A DNA stretch of 64,000 nucleotides from Spirochaetota bacterium (GTDB lineage: Bacteria > Spirochaetota > UBA12135 > COTS27 > CBDBHE01), in assembly GCA_965205605.1 (NCBI GenBank), contig CBDBHE010000007.1:128001-192000 (forward strand). Direction: 5' to 3'. Under the pieces are notes generated by a model, which saw nothing but the letters and a program-made list of their open reading frames with translations, was not told the DNA's origin and ran no database searches. This document shows, one piece after another, positions 42,519 through 56,124 of the stretch. The number at the start of each line of letters is the position of its first letter. The stretch's first letter is position 1. A program made the position numbers and the translations under genes.

Positions 42519-43578
42519 CTAAAAAGATAAAAGCTTCAATTTTGGACGAAGCCGACTTTTATAAACACTAAGTGAATTTTCTTTTTTTTTTCCTTTTCTA
42601 CATTGACGCTGGACTTCTAAAGGAAGATTGATGATGTTAACACAATTTTTTGAACAACATCCTTGGTTTTTTTTTTCACAATCAGCACACTGAATAAAAA
42701 AGCAAATGACAATCATCATTACTACAATTAACATGACGATCACATAAACAATCACATTGATGACAATGACTGATAATGTCTTGTGTGATTCGCTCCCCCA
42801 TTCGCTCATCAAAAACAAAGTTTTTCCCTACAAACTTAGAAGTCATTTTTCTTTCTTTCATAAAACGAGCATATTCAATAATTCCCCCATAAAGCTGTTT
42901 AACATTCTTAAAGCCTCTGTGTTGTAAATACGCTCCTACTTTCTCACAGCGTATCCCTCCTGTGCAATAAAGCAAAAATTGTTTATTTTCTTTTTTATAA
43001 GGAGTTAATCTTTTATCAATCAAACTAAAAATTTCTCTAAAAGTATCAATATCAAATGAAATCGCATTTTTAAATTTCCCAACTTCTGTTTCATAATGAT
43101 TGCGAACATCCACAACAACCGTCTCTTGCTCATCGATTAATTTATTAAAAGACTGAGCGCTTAGATAATCACTCTTATAGTCTTTCATTTGAAGCTCTTT
43201 TTCTAAAAAATCATCTGCAACAATTTTCTTTCTTACCTTAATTTTAAGTTTATAAAAAGATCTCCTATGATCTTCAATGCCTTGTTTGATATAGATGTCA
43301 GAAAAACGCTTATCTTGCTTAAAGCTTTGCTTAAAAAAAGTAAGTTGATTTTTCGGAACACTCAACTGAGCATTAATGCCTTCTTTTGCTAAATAAATAC
43401 GTCCAAAAATATCACATTCAATCCAATTTTTATATAAAAAATCTCTTAATTCTTTTGGATTTTCAATAAAAACATATTTATAAAAAGAAAGAGTGATTCT
43501 TTTTATATCATCTAGTTTGGCTTTTTCTTTTAAAATTTTTTTATCAATTTGATTATATAAAGGACGTTTTTTTTTCAT
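42519..43578 (-). CDS. trhO: rhodanese-domain tRNA uridine hydroxylase TrhO/YceA; frameshift near 42695
   Basis: SFYKY, GRIYLAKEGIN, DVRNHYE..VGKF, YCTGGIRCEK, FVFDER, Cys-rich tail continuing IQCADC in another frame. Confidence 0.88.
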
Positions 43579-43586
43579 TAGTGATT

Positions 43587-44240
43587 TTAAAAGTTAGTAT
43601 AGAAATCTTTTTTTTTTAAACCTTGTGAATAAAAAATATTTTTAATATCTTCTTCAAACTGCTTAGGACCACATAAAAGAAGAGAAAGATTAGGAAGGTA
43701 ATGAAAATAATTTTTTAAATAATTTTGAACTCTTCCTTTACTTTCTCCCCATTTTAAACTTGGTTTTGTTAAAGTTATTTTGACATCAATGAGATTTTTT
43801 TCCCACTTTTTTAAGTCTTCAAAATACAAAATATCTTCTTCAGATTGGCAACTATAAAGAAGGCTTATTTTTTGCTTGTTTTGAAAACAACCCCAAAGGC
43901 AATCGTAAAAAGAAGTGATCCCAATACCCCCTGCAATAAAAAGAAGATGCTTTTTACTTGCTTTTTTAATTTCATACCCTCTCCCCATTGCTTCACTAAT
44001 TGCTATAAAGTCACCTACTTTAAAAGATGTCATTTTTTCTTTATTTTCTTTACTTGCTTTAAAGAAGAAATCCCAAGAATCATTATTTTTTTTAGAAGCA
44101 ATGGCAGCAATAATTTTTTCATTATTTTTTAAATAAAGGGAAACATATTGCCCCCCTTGAATATAAGTATCTTTTTTTTCTTTTGGGTCAACTTTAATTT
44201 TAATGAAATTTTTTATAATTTTTTTTTCAATAATATTCAT
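43587..44240 (-). CDS. FAD/NAD(P)-binding oxidoreductase (ferredoxin reductase-like)
   Basis: GQYV, IAGGIGIT, LLYS, GRVQ, LCGP. Confidence 0.8.
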   Translation of the reverse strand: MNIIEKKIIKNFIKIKVDPKEKKDTYIQGGQYVSLYLKNNEKIIAAIASKKNNDSWDFFFKASKENKEKMTSFKVGDFIAISEAMGRGYEIKKASKKHLLFIAGGIGITSFYDCLWGCFQNKQKISLLYSCQSEEDILYFEDLKKWEKNLIDVKITLTKPSLKWGESKGRVQNYLKNYFHYLPNLSLLLCGPKQFEEDIKNIFYSQGLKKKDFYTNF

Positions 44241-44347
44241 GACAATAATCGTAGCAAGAAATTTATTTTTTTTATTTAACTATTTAAAGCTTTAGAATTT
44301 ATGATAAAATGAGTTAAATTTAAAATAAATTAATTTCTTCATTAAAA

Positions 44348-45523
44348 ATGAAAAACACTCTCTCTTTTCATATACTTTCCTATCATATTATTACTTATGG
44401 GTGCCAGATGAATAAGAATGATTCCGAAAGAATGGCGGGACTTTTAGAAAATATTGGCTATAAAAAAGCCGTAGGTTTCGAAGTTGCAAATCTTGTGATT
44501 TTAAATACTTGTTCTATTAGAGATAAGGCAGAGAGAAGAATTATTGGGAAATTTCACGAATTAAATCATTTTAGAAAAGAAAAGAAAAAATCAATGAAAC
44601 TAGCGATCATGGGATGTATGCCTCAGCATGCTAAAAAAATGATTGTTGAAAAACTTGATTTTATTGACTATGTTGTAGGGGTTAATAACATGGAAATACT
44701 TCCCAATCTTTTAGCTGAAAACATCTCTTTAAAAAAACAGATCGATTTAATGAAGCCAAAGAGAAAAATAAAGGATGTTGAGAATTTTGAAACTATTTTA
44801 AATTCTCAAAAAAGAGAAGAAACTCACAAAGCATGGGTTTCGATTATGTTTGGGTGTGATAAAATGTGTACGTTTTGCATTGTTCCTTTTACTCGAGGAA
44901 GGGAAATTTCTAGAAAAAAAGAAAACATTTTTAAAGAAATTGAAAGCTTACAAGAAAAAGGCATTAAACAAGTGGTGCTTTTAGGTCAAAATGTAAACTC
45001 TTATGGAAAAACAACTTATTCAGATTATGATTTTTCTCACCTCTTAGAAGATATTGCCACTCAATTTTCATGGCTTACAAAAATTGATTTTCTAACTTCC
45101 TACCCAACTGATGTCACTGATCGCCTCATTGATGTGATTGCAAATTACGAAAATATTACTAGAAATATTCATTTTCCTCTCCAACATGGAGATAATGAAA
45201 TCTTAGAAGCAATGAAACGACATTATACTGTAGAAGCTTACAAAGAAAAAGTCCTTAGACTTAGAAAAAAAATCCCAGATGTCAAAATCGGGACCGATTT
45301 AATTGTTGGATTTCCAGGAGAAAAAGAAAGTCATTTTGAAAATATGTTAAAAACTTTACACGAAATCCAGTTTGATTTCGCTAACACCGCAGCCTACTCT
45401 AGTCGTCCAAGAACCCCTGCTTCACGCCTCAAATCCCATGTCTCTGGGCAAACAAAAAAAAAAAGACTCCTTTACCTAAATCATACCCTTCAAGAAATTT
45501 ATCGTCAAAAAAAAATAGCCTAA
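44348..45523 (+). CDS. miaB: tRNA methylthiotransferase, MiaB-like, without C-terminal TRAM domain
   Basis: TYGCQMN..DSE, NTCSIR.KAE, GCDKMCTFCIVPFTRGRE.SR, LLGQNVNSYG, TDLIVGFPGE. Confidence 0.82.
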   Translation: MKNTLSFHILSYHIITYGCQMNKNDSERMAGLLENIGYKKAVGFEVANLVILNTCSIRDKAERRIIGKFHELNHFRKEKKKSMKLAIMGCMPQHAKKMIVEKLDFIDYVVGVNNMEILPNLLAENISLKKQIDLMKPKRKIKDVENFETILNSQKREETHKAWVSIMFGCDKMCTFCIVPFTRGREISRKKENIFKEIESLQEKGIKQVVLLGQNVNSYGKTTYSDYDFSHLLEDIATQFSWLTKIDFLTSYPTDVTDRLIDVIANYENITRNIHFPLQHGDNEILEAMKRHYTVEAYKEKVLRLRKKIPDVKIGTDLIVGFPGEKESHFENMLKTLHEIQFDFANTAAYSSRPRTPASRLKSHVSGQTKKKRLLYLNHTLQEIYRQKKIA

Positions 45524-45526
45524 ATA

Positions 45527-46519
45527 ATGAATGACCCCTCCAATCCCTCCAAACAAGGCTTGAGTTTCATTATCCCCTACCGAGCAAATGAAGTCCCTAA
45601 AAAGCTTATTCAAGCAATTGAAGAATATTTAATTGACTTCCCTTTTCCAAATGAAATCTTCCTTATCTCAGGCAACCACCCTCCTCTTCAAAGAAATAAA
45701 GCCATTAAAAAAAGCACCCTTTCCCATCTTTATTTCCTAGATAACGATTCTATTGTTAATAAAAAATCTTTAGATCTCATTTTAAAAGAAATTAAAAAAA
45801 ATAATTTTGATGTTTTAGGAGGCCCTTCGATACTCCCTAAAAAAGAAAAAAATAAATGGCAACATCTTCAAGATGCGATTTTATCAAATCCCTTCGCTGT
45901 AGGAAAAATCTCATGCCGATATCGACCTCGAGGCAAAAAAAAAAAATGCTTTAATGACCTTTCTCTTATCCTTTGCAATCTTGTTGTTAAAAAAAAAATA
46001 TTTAATGAAGTAGGTCTTTTTAATGAAAAACTTTACCCTAATGAGGAAAATGAATTTTTCAATCGGGTGATAAAAAAAAAAAAAAAAATTATTTATGACC
46101 CAAATCTCTTTGTTTTTAGAAATTACCGCCATACCTTTAAAGCATTTATTAAACAAATGCTTTTTTATGGAAGGGGGAGAGCAGAACAAATTAAAATTAA
46201 AAAACGTAGTTTTAAAATTGTTTTCTTAGCCCCTATTTTACTTACCACCATCATCATTTTTTTCCCCTTAGTTCTTTTTCTTTTTTTTATTAACGAAAAT
46301 GTCATTTTTTTCTTTCTTCCGTTCTTCCTAAGTTATTTCATCCTTCTCATCATTGCTTTTTTAGAAGCTACCATTAGAAAAAAAAAAAATTTTATTTTTT
46401 TTCCTATTATTTTTATTTGCTGTCATTTTTTTTATGGTTTTGGAATGATTAAAGGATTTTTAACAAAAAAATATTCTTACGAAAATAAAAAAATTCATTG
46501 GAAAATAACAAAAATTTAA
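45527..46519 (+). CDS. glycosyltransferase family 2 with C-terminal TM helices
   Basis: SFIIP, QRN.AI, FLDNDS, VGLFNE. Confidence 0.85.
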   Translation: MNDPSNPSKQGLSFIIPYRANEVPKKLIQAIEEYLIDFPFPNEIFLISGNHPPLQRNKAIKKSTLSHLYFLDNDSIVNKKSLDLILKEIKKNNFDVLGGPSILPKKEKNKWQHLQDAILSNPFAVGKISCRYRPRGKKKKCFNDLSLILCNLVVKKKIFNEVGLFNEKLYPNEENEFFNRVIKKKKKIIYDPNLFVFRNYRHTFKAFIKQMLFYGRGRAEQIKIKKRSFKIVFLAPILLTTIIIFFPLVLFLFFINENVIFFFLPFFLSYFILLIIAFLEATIRKKKNFIFFPIIFICCHFFYGFGMIKGFLTKKYSYENKKIHWKITKI

Positions 46520-46550
46520 AATAACATGGTTTTAAAGGATTATTATTAAA

Positions 46551-47612
46551 TTGTCATTAATCAATAAAATAGAGATGACTTCTACTTTGATCAAGTCTAA
46601 AATCACAAAAAAACCCTTCCCTTTTTTGGTCAATTGGGCCATTACAGGCAAGTGCAACCTTCGTTGCAAGCACTGTTACGGAGAATATGGTGAAAGTCAA
46701 ACAGATGAAATTTCTTTAGACATTATTAAAAAAACAATCATTCAACTAAAAAAAATGGGAACAAAAAGAATTAATATTGAAGGAGGAGAACCCCTTTTTA
46801 GAAAAGATGTCGAAGAAATCCTCTACACTTTAAAAGAGCAAAACATTGAATCAAGTCTTTGTACTAACGGCATCTATATTGAAAATCATATCAAGACATT
46901 AAAAGAATGTTGTGATTTAATTATTTTTTCAATGGACGGTCAAGAAAAATACCACGATGCTCTTAGAGGTAAGCACACTTTTAAAAAAACAATCGATGCT
47001 TTAAAGATTGCAAAAAAGCACCATATGCGTACTTTGCTCTTTACTTGCCTTATCGATGACAATATTGAAGATATCGATGCTTTAATTGAAATCGCTTATA
47101 AATACCAAACGTTTATCACTTTTAATATTGCTGTCTCCAAACTAACTAAAACAGGGACTCGAGAAGAGTTAAACAAGGTCCAAGACCAAAAATATAAAGA
47201 AGCGATTCAAAAAATTATTAATTACAAAAAAAAAGGAGCTCCTATTTATTATTCCCACACCAATCTCAAACAAGCTCTTAATTGGCCTACTTTTAAAAAA
47301 GAAACTTTTAATGAAGATGCTCTTTTTACGATTTCTAAAAAAGAAAAAAAAACCATGATTCCTTGTCAAGCAGGTAAAAAATGGATTTATATTGAATGTG
47401 ATGGCAACGTGTATCCTTGTTATCAGCTTGTTAAAACGATTCAAGTTAAAAACATTGCCAAAGATGGCATTGAAGAAGCTTTCAAACACCTTTCTAAAAT
47501 TAATTACTGCACACGTTGCTACAACCTTACTTTATCCGAACTCAACTTGCAAACAAACCTCAATTTAGAAAGTCTCAAAGAAGCCTTTTCTAACTATTTT
47601 ATTAAAAAGTAA
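46551..47612 (+). CDS. radical SAM protein with SPASM/twitch domain
   Basis: CNLRCKHC, GGEPL, SMDG...HD.LRG, CQAG...DGNVYPC...CTRC. Confidence 0.88.
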   Translation: MSLINKIEMTSTLIKSKITKKPFPFLVNWAITGKCNLRCKHCYGEYGESQTDEISLDIIKKTIIQLKKMGTKRINIEGGEPLFRKDVEEILYTLKEQNIESSLCTNGIYIENHIKTLKECCDLIIFSMDGQEKYHDALRGKHTFKKTIDALKIAKKHHMRTLLFTCLIDDNIEDIDALIEIAYKYQTFITFNIAVSKLTKTGTREELNKVQDQKYKEAIQKIINYKKKGAPIYYSHTNLKQALNWPTFKKETFNEDALFTISKKEKKTMIPCQAGKKWIYIECDGNVYPCYQLVKTIQVKNIAKDGIEEAFKHLSKINYCTRCYNLTLSELNLQTNLNLESLKEAFSNYFIKK

Positions 47613-47626
47613 TTGCTTAATAAATA

Positions 47627-48961
47627 TTAAAGATTTTTCATGACCACTTTAATACTATCGACCATCACCATTTCAACGATTTCTAAATCTTTTGAAGTAA
47701 TATTGTAAGGAGGTAATAAATAAAGCGTATCTCCTAGAGGACGTAGCAAGACTCCTCTTTTTACAGCTTCTTGATAAACTAAATAACCTGCTCTTTTGCT
47801 TGGATCAATTGGTTGGTTTTCTCTCATTAAATCACAAGCCGCCATAAACCCTAAAGAACGAACCTTGCCAACACAATTTGTTTTAGATTGGACACTGAGT
47901 AAAACATTTCTTAAAAGCACTTCTCTTGCTTCAACTTTTTTAAACCAATTTTCTTCTTCATAAATTTTAAGACACTCTAAAGCCACCCTCGCCCCAAGAG
48001 CATGCCCACAAAAAGTATTAGAATGCATAAACGCTCTCTTCGTTTGATAATCATCATAAAAAGCATCAAAGACTTTTTTCGAAGCTAATACAGCACTAAA
48101 AGGAGACCACCCTGCTGTAAGTCCTTTCATAAGGCAAACAATATCTGCTTCAATACCAGCATGTTGACAAGCAAGCGCTTTTCCCGTCCTACCAAGTCCT
48201 GTCATAATCTCATCAGCAATTAAAAGGATTCCTTTTTTACAAGACCAATCTCTCAACTTTTTTAAAAACATCGGACTATAAATTTTCATCCCACCTGCAC
48301 CTTGCACAACCGGCTCGACGATAATAGCGGCTAAATTAGCTTGATTTTGATTTAGACGTTTTTCAATTTTTTCCCATTCTCTTTTAGGAATTTCTTTCCA
48401 TTTAGTATCAAACTTCCCTAAAAGATCATTAGAAATGGGAAGGCAAAGATTATTTTGACACAAAGATAAAAAAGGGTTTTTATAAAGACCTAAATCACTA
48501 ACACTATAACTTAAAATATTTTCTCCATGATAGGCATCTTTCAAATAAGCAAATTGCTTCCTTTTAACAAAGCCTAGCTGATACTGATATTGTAAACTCA
48601 TCTTAAGAGCAATTTCTATAGCCGTAGACCCATCTCCAGCAAAAAAAACTTTTTTAAAAGATTTTCCTAACGAAGTAAGGTGATAAGCTAATGACTCAAT
48701 TAAATCCGAAGTAGTATTGGCTAAAATAACATGTTCAAAAGATTTTGCTTGTTGAATAAGAACTTTTTTTAATCTAGGGTGTCCATGGCCCAAAGATTTA
48801 CACCACCAACTACTAATAATATCAATAATTTTTGTTCCATCGGCTAAAATAAGCTTAGAACCAATGGCTTTCTTAATTTTTAAAGGAGGGAAGGATTGAT
48901 AGTCCTTCATTTGAGAACAAGGATGCCAGACACAAGAAGACTGGTTTTTATGATTCATCAC
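47627..48961 (-). CDS. bioA: adenosylmethionine-8-amino-7-oxononanoate transaminase
   Basis: VWHPCSQM, SSWW, GSTAIEIALKM, EPVVQGAGGM, ADEIMTG.GRTG, KGLTAG, LRPLGD. Confidence 0.95.
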   Translation of the reverse strand: MMNHKNQSSCVWHPCSQMKDYQSFPPLKIKKAIGSKLILADGTKIIDIISSWWCKSLGHGHPRLKKVLIQQAKSFEHVILANTTSDLIESLAYHLTSLGKSFKKVFFAGDGSTAIEIALKMSLQYQYQLGFVKRKQFAYLKDAYHGENILSYSVSDLGLYKNPFLSLCQNNLCLPISNDLLGKFDTKWKEIPKREWEKIEKRLNQNQANLAAIIVEPVVQGAGGMKIYSPMFLKKLRDWSCKKGILLIADEIMTGLGRTGKALACQHAGIEADIVCLMKGLTAGWSPFSAVLASKKVFDAFYDDYQTKRAFMHSNTFCGHALGARVALECLKIYEEENWFKKVEAREVLLRNVLLSVQSKTNCVGKVRSLGFMAACDLMRENQPIDPSKRAGYLVYQEAVKRGVLLRPLGDTLYLLPPYNITSKDLEIVEMVMVDSIKVVMKNL

Positions 48962-49014
48962 ATTATTTTTTTTAAAACTAGATTGATATTAAAAAAAAAT
49001 TATTAGAATAAACG

Positions 49015-49060
49015 AAAAAAAAGACCACTAAATAGTTTATCACTACTTAGTAGTCTTTTC
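49015..49060 (-). terminator. putative intrinsic terminator downstream of flaA
   Basis: imperfect inverted repeat AAAGACCACTAAATAG / CTACTTAGTAGTCTTT followed by a U-tract on the minus strand. Confidence 0.55.
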
Positions 49061-49122
49061 TTTATATATATCTATCTAATTAGATGTATATTATTAGATT
49101 GATTAATTAAATATTTTTTAAA

Positions 49123-50046
49123 CTACTGACCACCTGCTGCACCTGCATTATTATTTTGCTGTGTTTTTTCGCCGTCTGCTTGATTCATTTTTCTAAGTTC
49201 AAGCTCTTTAAGTTCAGTACTTAAATCCAGACGCTTTTTTTCTTGATTTGCTTTAGTATCAAAAAGAGTTTTCTTAATTTCCCAAACAGCTTCATCATCA
49301 ATCTCTTCTTTTTTATCATCCATGACTGCTTTGTCATAATTAATCTTAATCCAACTAATATACGTAACAAAATCACCTGCATAATTCCCTCCATGACGAA
49401 ACACCGTAAACGAATCTATTTTTACAAGAGGATTTAATTTTAAATACTTTGGATACACCGCTAATGCTCTATCTCGAACATTTTCAAGATATGTTTGGTT
49501 GTTCCAAATAAGTTCTTTCCATCCATCATATCTTAAGTGACCCAAAAAATAAGTTGACTTTTCATTATGCTGATTTTTTAAATTGAGGTATATCGTATGT
49601 GGAAAATTTCGACCTTTCACATAAGACCTAATCGACTTAATCGTACCCACATTTTTTAAAACGCCTTTCTTTTCAAGCAAATCAGTTGCTGCAAAAGCTC
49701 TAATTTCAATCCCTGGGCTAATAACTGCATACGCATTATAATAACTATCAGGAAAGTTAATCCTAATCCCAAGAACTCTATTTTGAGCTCGTTTAGCAAG
49801 GAAAAGTCTATCATCTGCTGTTTCTCCTACTAAAACATTTTTTGCATAACTTAATTTTTTATTAAGAATAAAGTCAGCCGATGAATTTAACTTTACTTTC
49901 CATCGATCATTTCTTAACGGCTTCACTAAATCACCTTCTAGCTCAGCATCATCTCCCAAAGCATTAAAGTCTATCAAAGTTCCTTCAAAAGAAGAGAATA
50001 ACAATGTAGAAATCATTGCTAAACTTAAAATAGTTTTTATAAACAT
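49123..50046 (-). CDS. flaA: periplasmic flagellar filament outer layer (sheath) protein
   Basis: TLIDF, W.V.LNSSA, VLGIRINFP, GVLKNVG.IKSI, L.YDGWKEL.W.N..Y, GDFVTY, YDKA; AGGAG RBS. Confidence 0.88.
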   Translation of the reverse strand: MFIKTILSLAMISTLLFSSFEGTLIDFNALGDDAELEGDLVKPLRNDRWKVKLNSSADFILNKKLSYAKNVLVGETADDRLFLAKRAQNRVLGIRINFPDSYYNAYAVISPGIEIRAFAATDLLEKKGVLKNVGTIKSIRSYVKGRNFPHTIYLNLKNQHNEKSTYFLGHLRYDGWKELIWNNQTYLENVRDRALAVYPKYLKLNPLVKIDSFTVFRHGGNYAGDFVTYISWIKINYDKAVMDDKKEEIDDEAVWEIKKTLFDTKANQEKKRLDLSTELKELELRKMNQADGEKTQQNNNAGAAGGQ

Positions 50047-50112
50047 CCAACCACTCCTAAATTCTTAATGAAAATATAGATTTATTTACCTATATTATAT
50101 TTATTTTAAGTC

Positions 50113-50141
50113 ATTTTATAACTATAAAAAATAGAAGTCAA
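50113..50141 (-). promoter_or_regulatory. putative sigma70 promoter of flaA
   Basis: TTGACT-17 nt-TAAAAT on the minus strand. Confidence 0.55.
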
Positions 50142-50159
50142 GTTTTTAAATATCTTTTT

Positions 50160-50749
50160 TTAATTAATAAGTAAATTTTCTAAAAATAAAGACCTTTTAT
50201 AAGAATAAGCCCCTTTAATCTCAGAAATCACTTTTCCATTTACAAGAATTTGAATTTTTTTAATCTCTTGAAAACTATCTTTAACACTAAGCGAAAGACT
50301 ATTCATCAAGATTTGCTCTTCTTTAATGCTAAGCTTCAAAACGTCTTGATTAAAATTAACCACCAATAATTCTTTAAAAAGCACCACTTCAAGGCATCTT
50401 ACTTTTGCGACCTGATTCCGCCTAAGATGAAAACTCACTGGATCCAAAAGAATCGTATCAATGATTTTTTTAAGTTTATTCACTTTTGTTTCTTTTTTTT
50501 TTTGATTAAAAATTTTTTTCTCTGCTATCGAAGTCCCTGCTTTAGGATCAAAATAATAAATATTTGCTTCAAAATGAGTTAAAGGATAATTAATAAAAAC
50601 ATGTACTATTTTGAAAACAACAATAAAAACAAAACCATAGATTAAAAAATAAATCATTGGAGCACTCACTTTTCGTTTCATTAAAAGTACTTTAAGATGA
50701 AACGATAAAAACCAAACCTTATAGCGAGTATACAAAAAAAATTGACGCA

Positions 50750-50750
<1 letters not shown>
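50160..50750 (-). CDS. GerMN-domain membrane protein
   Basis: single TM helix, IYYFD, VVNFN, E..L..SL, IKKIQILVNGK. Confidence 0.65.
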
Positions 50751-54501
<3,751 letters not shown>

Positions 54502-54709
54502 TTAACAAAATATCCAAAATATCCAAAATATCTATTGAATCTGTTTTAAAACCTTTCCCTTTAGAACTCTCAAGTGTAATATAAAATGAAGGATGATTTT
54601 TTAAAATAAAAAACCCAACAAAAAAAATCTAAGAAGGCTTCATCCTTTAGCAAAAAACCTAATCCAAAATTTGATTTTTTTATTAAAAAAAGTTACAATT
54701 TGCTTTTAT

Positions 54710-54782
54710 TCCCCGATAGCTCAGTTGGTAGAGTAGGTGGCTGTTAACCACTTTGTCGTAGGTTCGAATCCTACTCGGGGAG
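54710..54782 (+). tRNA. tRNA-Asn(GTT)
   Basis: TCCCCGA/TCGGGGA acceptor stem, GTGG-CTGTTAA-CCAC anticodon arm, GTTCGAATC. Confidence 0.96.
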
Positions 54783-54943
54783 CCTAATCTTTCCATAGAT
54801 AGAACTGCTCTATCAAGTACTTTACACCCTTGATTAAACAGGGGAAAAGTATAAACCACTTTAATTTTTAAATCATTTGATGTGATGCTCTTGATGAAAA
54901 ATTGTAAAAATGTTTTCCTGATTTTGCAGAACTTCCTATCATT

Positions 54944-55255
54944 TTAGTGCCGCACTTTCCACAGTAAATAAACCCACTTAATAAATAAGGGCTGACTATT
55001 TCGAGTAAAGCGCGAATGTTTCCAAATTAAAATGGCATCAAATGGCTTTTGTTTTTTCTTAGCATCAAAAATCATTTCTTGAAAAGCAAGACGATTCGCT
55101 GAGCGAGCACTTTCTGCTTTATCAATGAATTTTCTACAAATAGTAAATCCCTTTTGTTTAGCATAATTCCTAAGAGATTTTAACTGAACAGAAATCGATA
55201 AATCATTTTCAGCTTGTTTTTCAGAAGAAACTCGAGCATATAAAACAACTTTCAT
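54944..55255 (-). pseudogene. large serine recombinase, N-terminal catalytic fragment only
   Basis: VLYARVSSEKQ, SI..QL, ESARS.NR..FQEM, WK.SRF.RN then truncation at 103 aa. Confidence 0.85.
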
Positions 55256-55499
55256 TTAAGAAACTCTTTAAAAAAATAATTTTGAGAATCTTCTAACTTA
55301 AGAAGGATAAAAACATTGCTATTATGATAACAGTATTCTACTTTATAAACGATATTTTTTGATGATCCAAAAGTCGATGCGTGTATTTCTTCAGTAACTG
55401 TTTCTTTTTTTTTGATAACATTCGTCAATTAAGCTTCCATCTCTGATTTCCGTATTTGCCTTAATGAAATGAGAAAACAACTTAGAACAAGAGCAATAT

Positions 55500-55960
55500 T
55501 TAACTTTTAAAAAATCTCTTGATTGATAGTATCTTGATTTTCGAAAAAATCAGATAAGAAAGACTCTTTTTCATTTTGATTAATTTCAAAAGAGTCTTCC
55601 CTTGATGCGTCTGAGCATATCGAATACAAGTTGCTTCAAAAGAAGCTTTATATTTCTCTGCCATTTTTTTAATAGATTCAAAATTGCTAGGAAAATCTTG
55701 AGAGCCTTCAACAAAAGATTTTAAGGGAAACAATGTCATTCGCTTTCGCTCTGGTCTAAAAATAAGAATCTCAGAAAGACGTATTTTATTTTCCCCTGGC
55801 AGTAAAATACATCACTCTTCAGATTCAAAAATTGAAGTTGTGTTTCCAAAAAAATCATCAAACTCAACTTCATAGCCAAAAAAATCAAGAACTTCAAGCT
55901 CATCAATATAAACTTCATTCTCTTTTCCCATATCTTTTAACAACTTGCGATCATAAACAA
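55500..55960 (-). pseudogene. ImmA/IrrE-like metallopeptidase remnant
   Basis: fragments RKLLKDMG...LDFFGYEVEF and LFP..SF...SIKKMAEKYKASFEATCIRY; HExxH core not found. Confidence 0.55.
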
Positions 55961-56124
55961 ATGGCTTATGAATCGTTTCATAAATCATTTCAAGTGGTTA
56001 CATTTCACAACTGATGTGTAGCACAAGAAATCCTTCCCCTAGTTTGAGAAAAAGAATTTTAGAACTTTTTCCAGAAAATAAATTTGAAGACTTATTCTTT
56101 TTGAAAATAGAAGAAGAATAAAAG

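Noticed and set aside
1250-49437. Short 60-106 aa ORFs antisense to or nested within long genes
   Set aside because: Shadow frames of well-supported genes, except pieces explained by frameshifts (e.g. 42519-42818).
54506-54532. (CAAAATATC)x3 tandem repeat upstream of ligA and small hairpins around tRNA-Asn
   Set aside because: Too short and low in complexity to assign a function.
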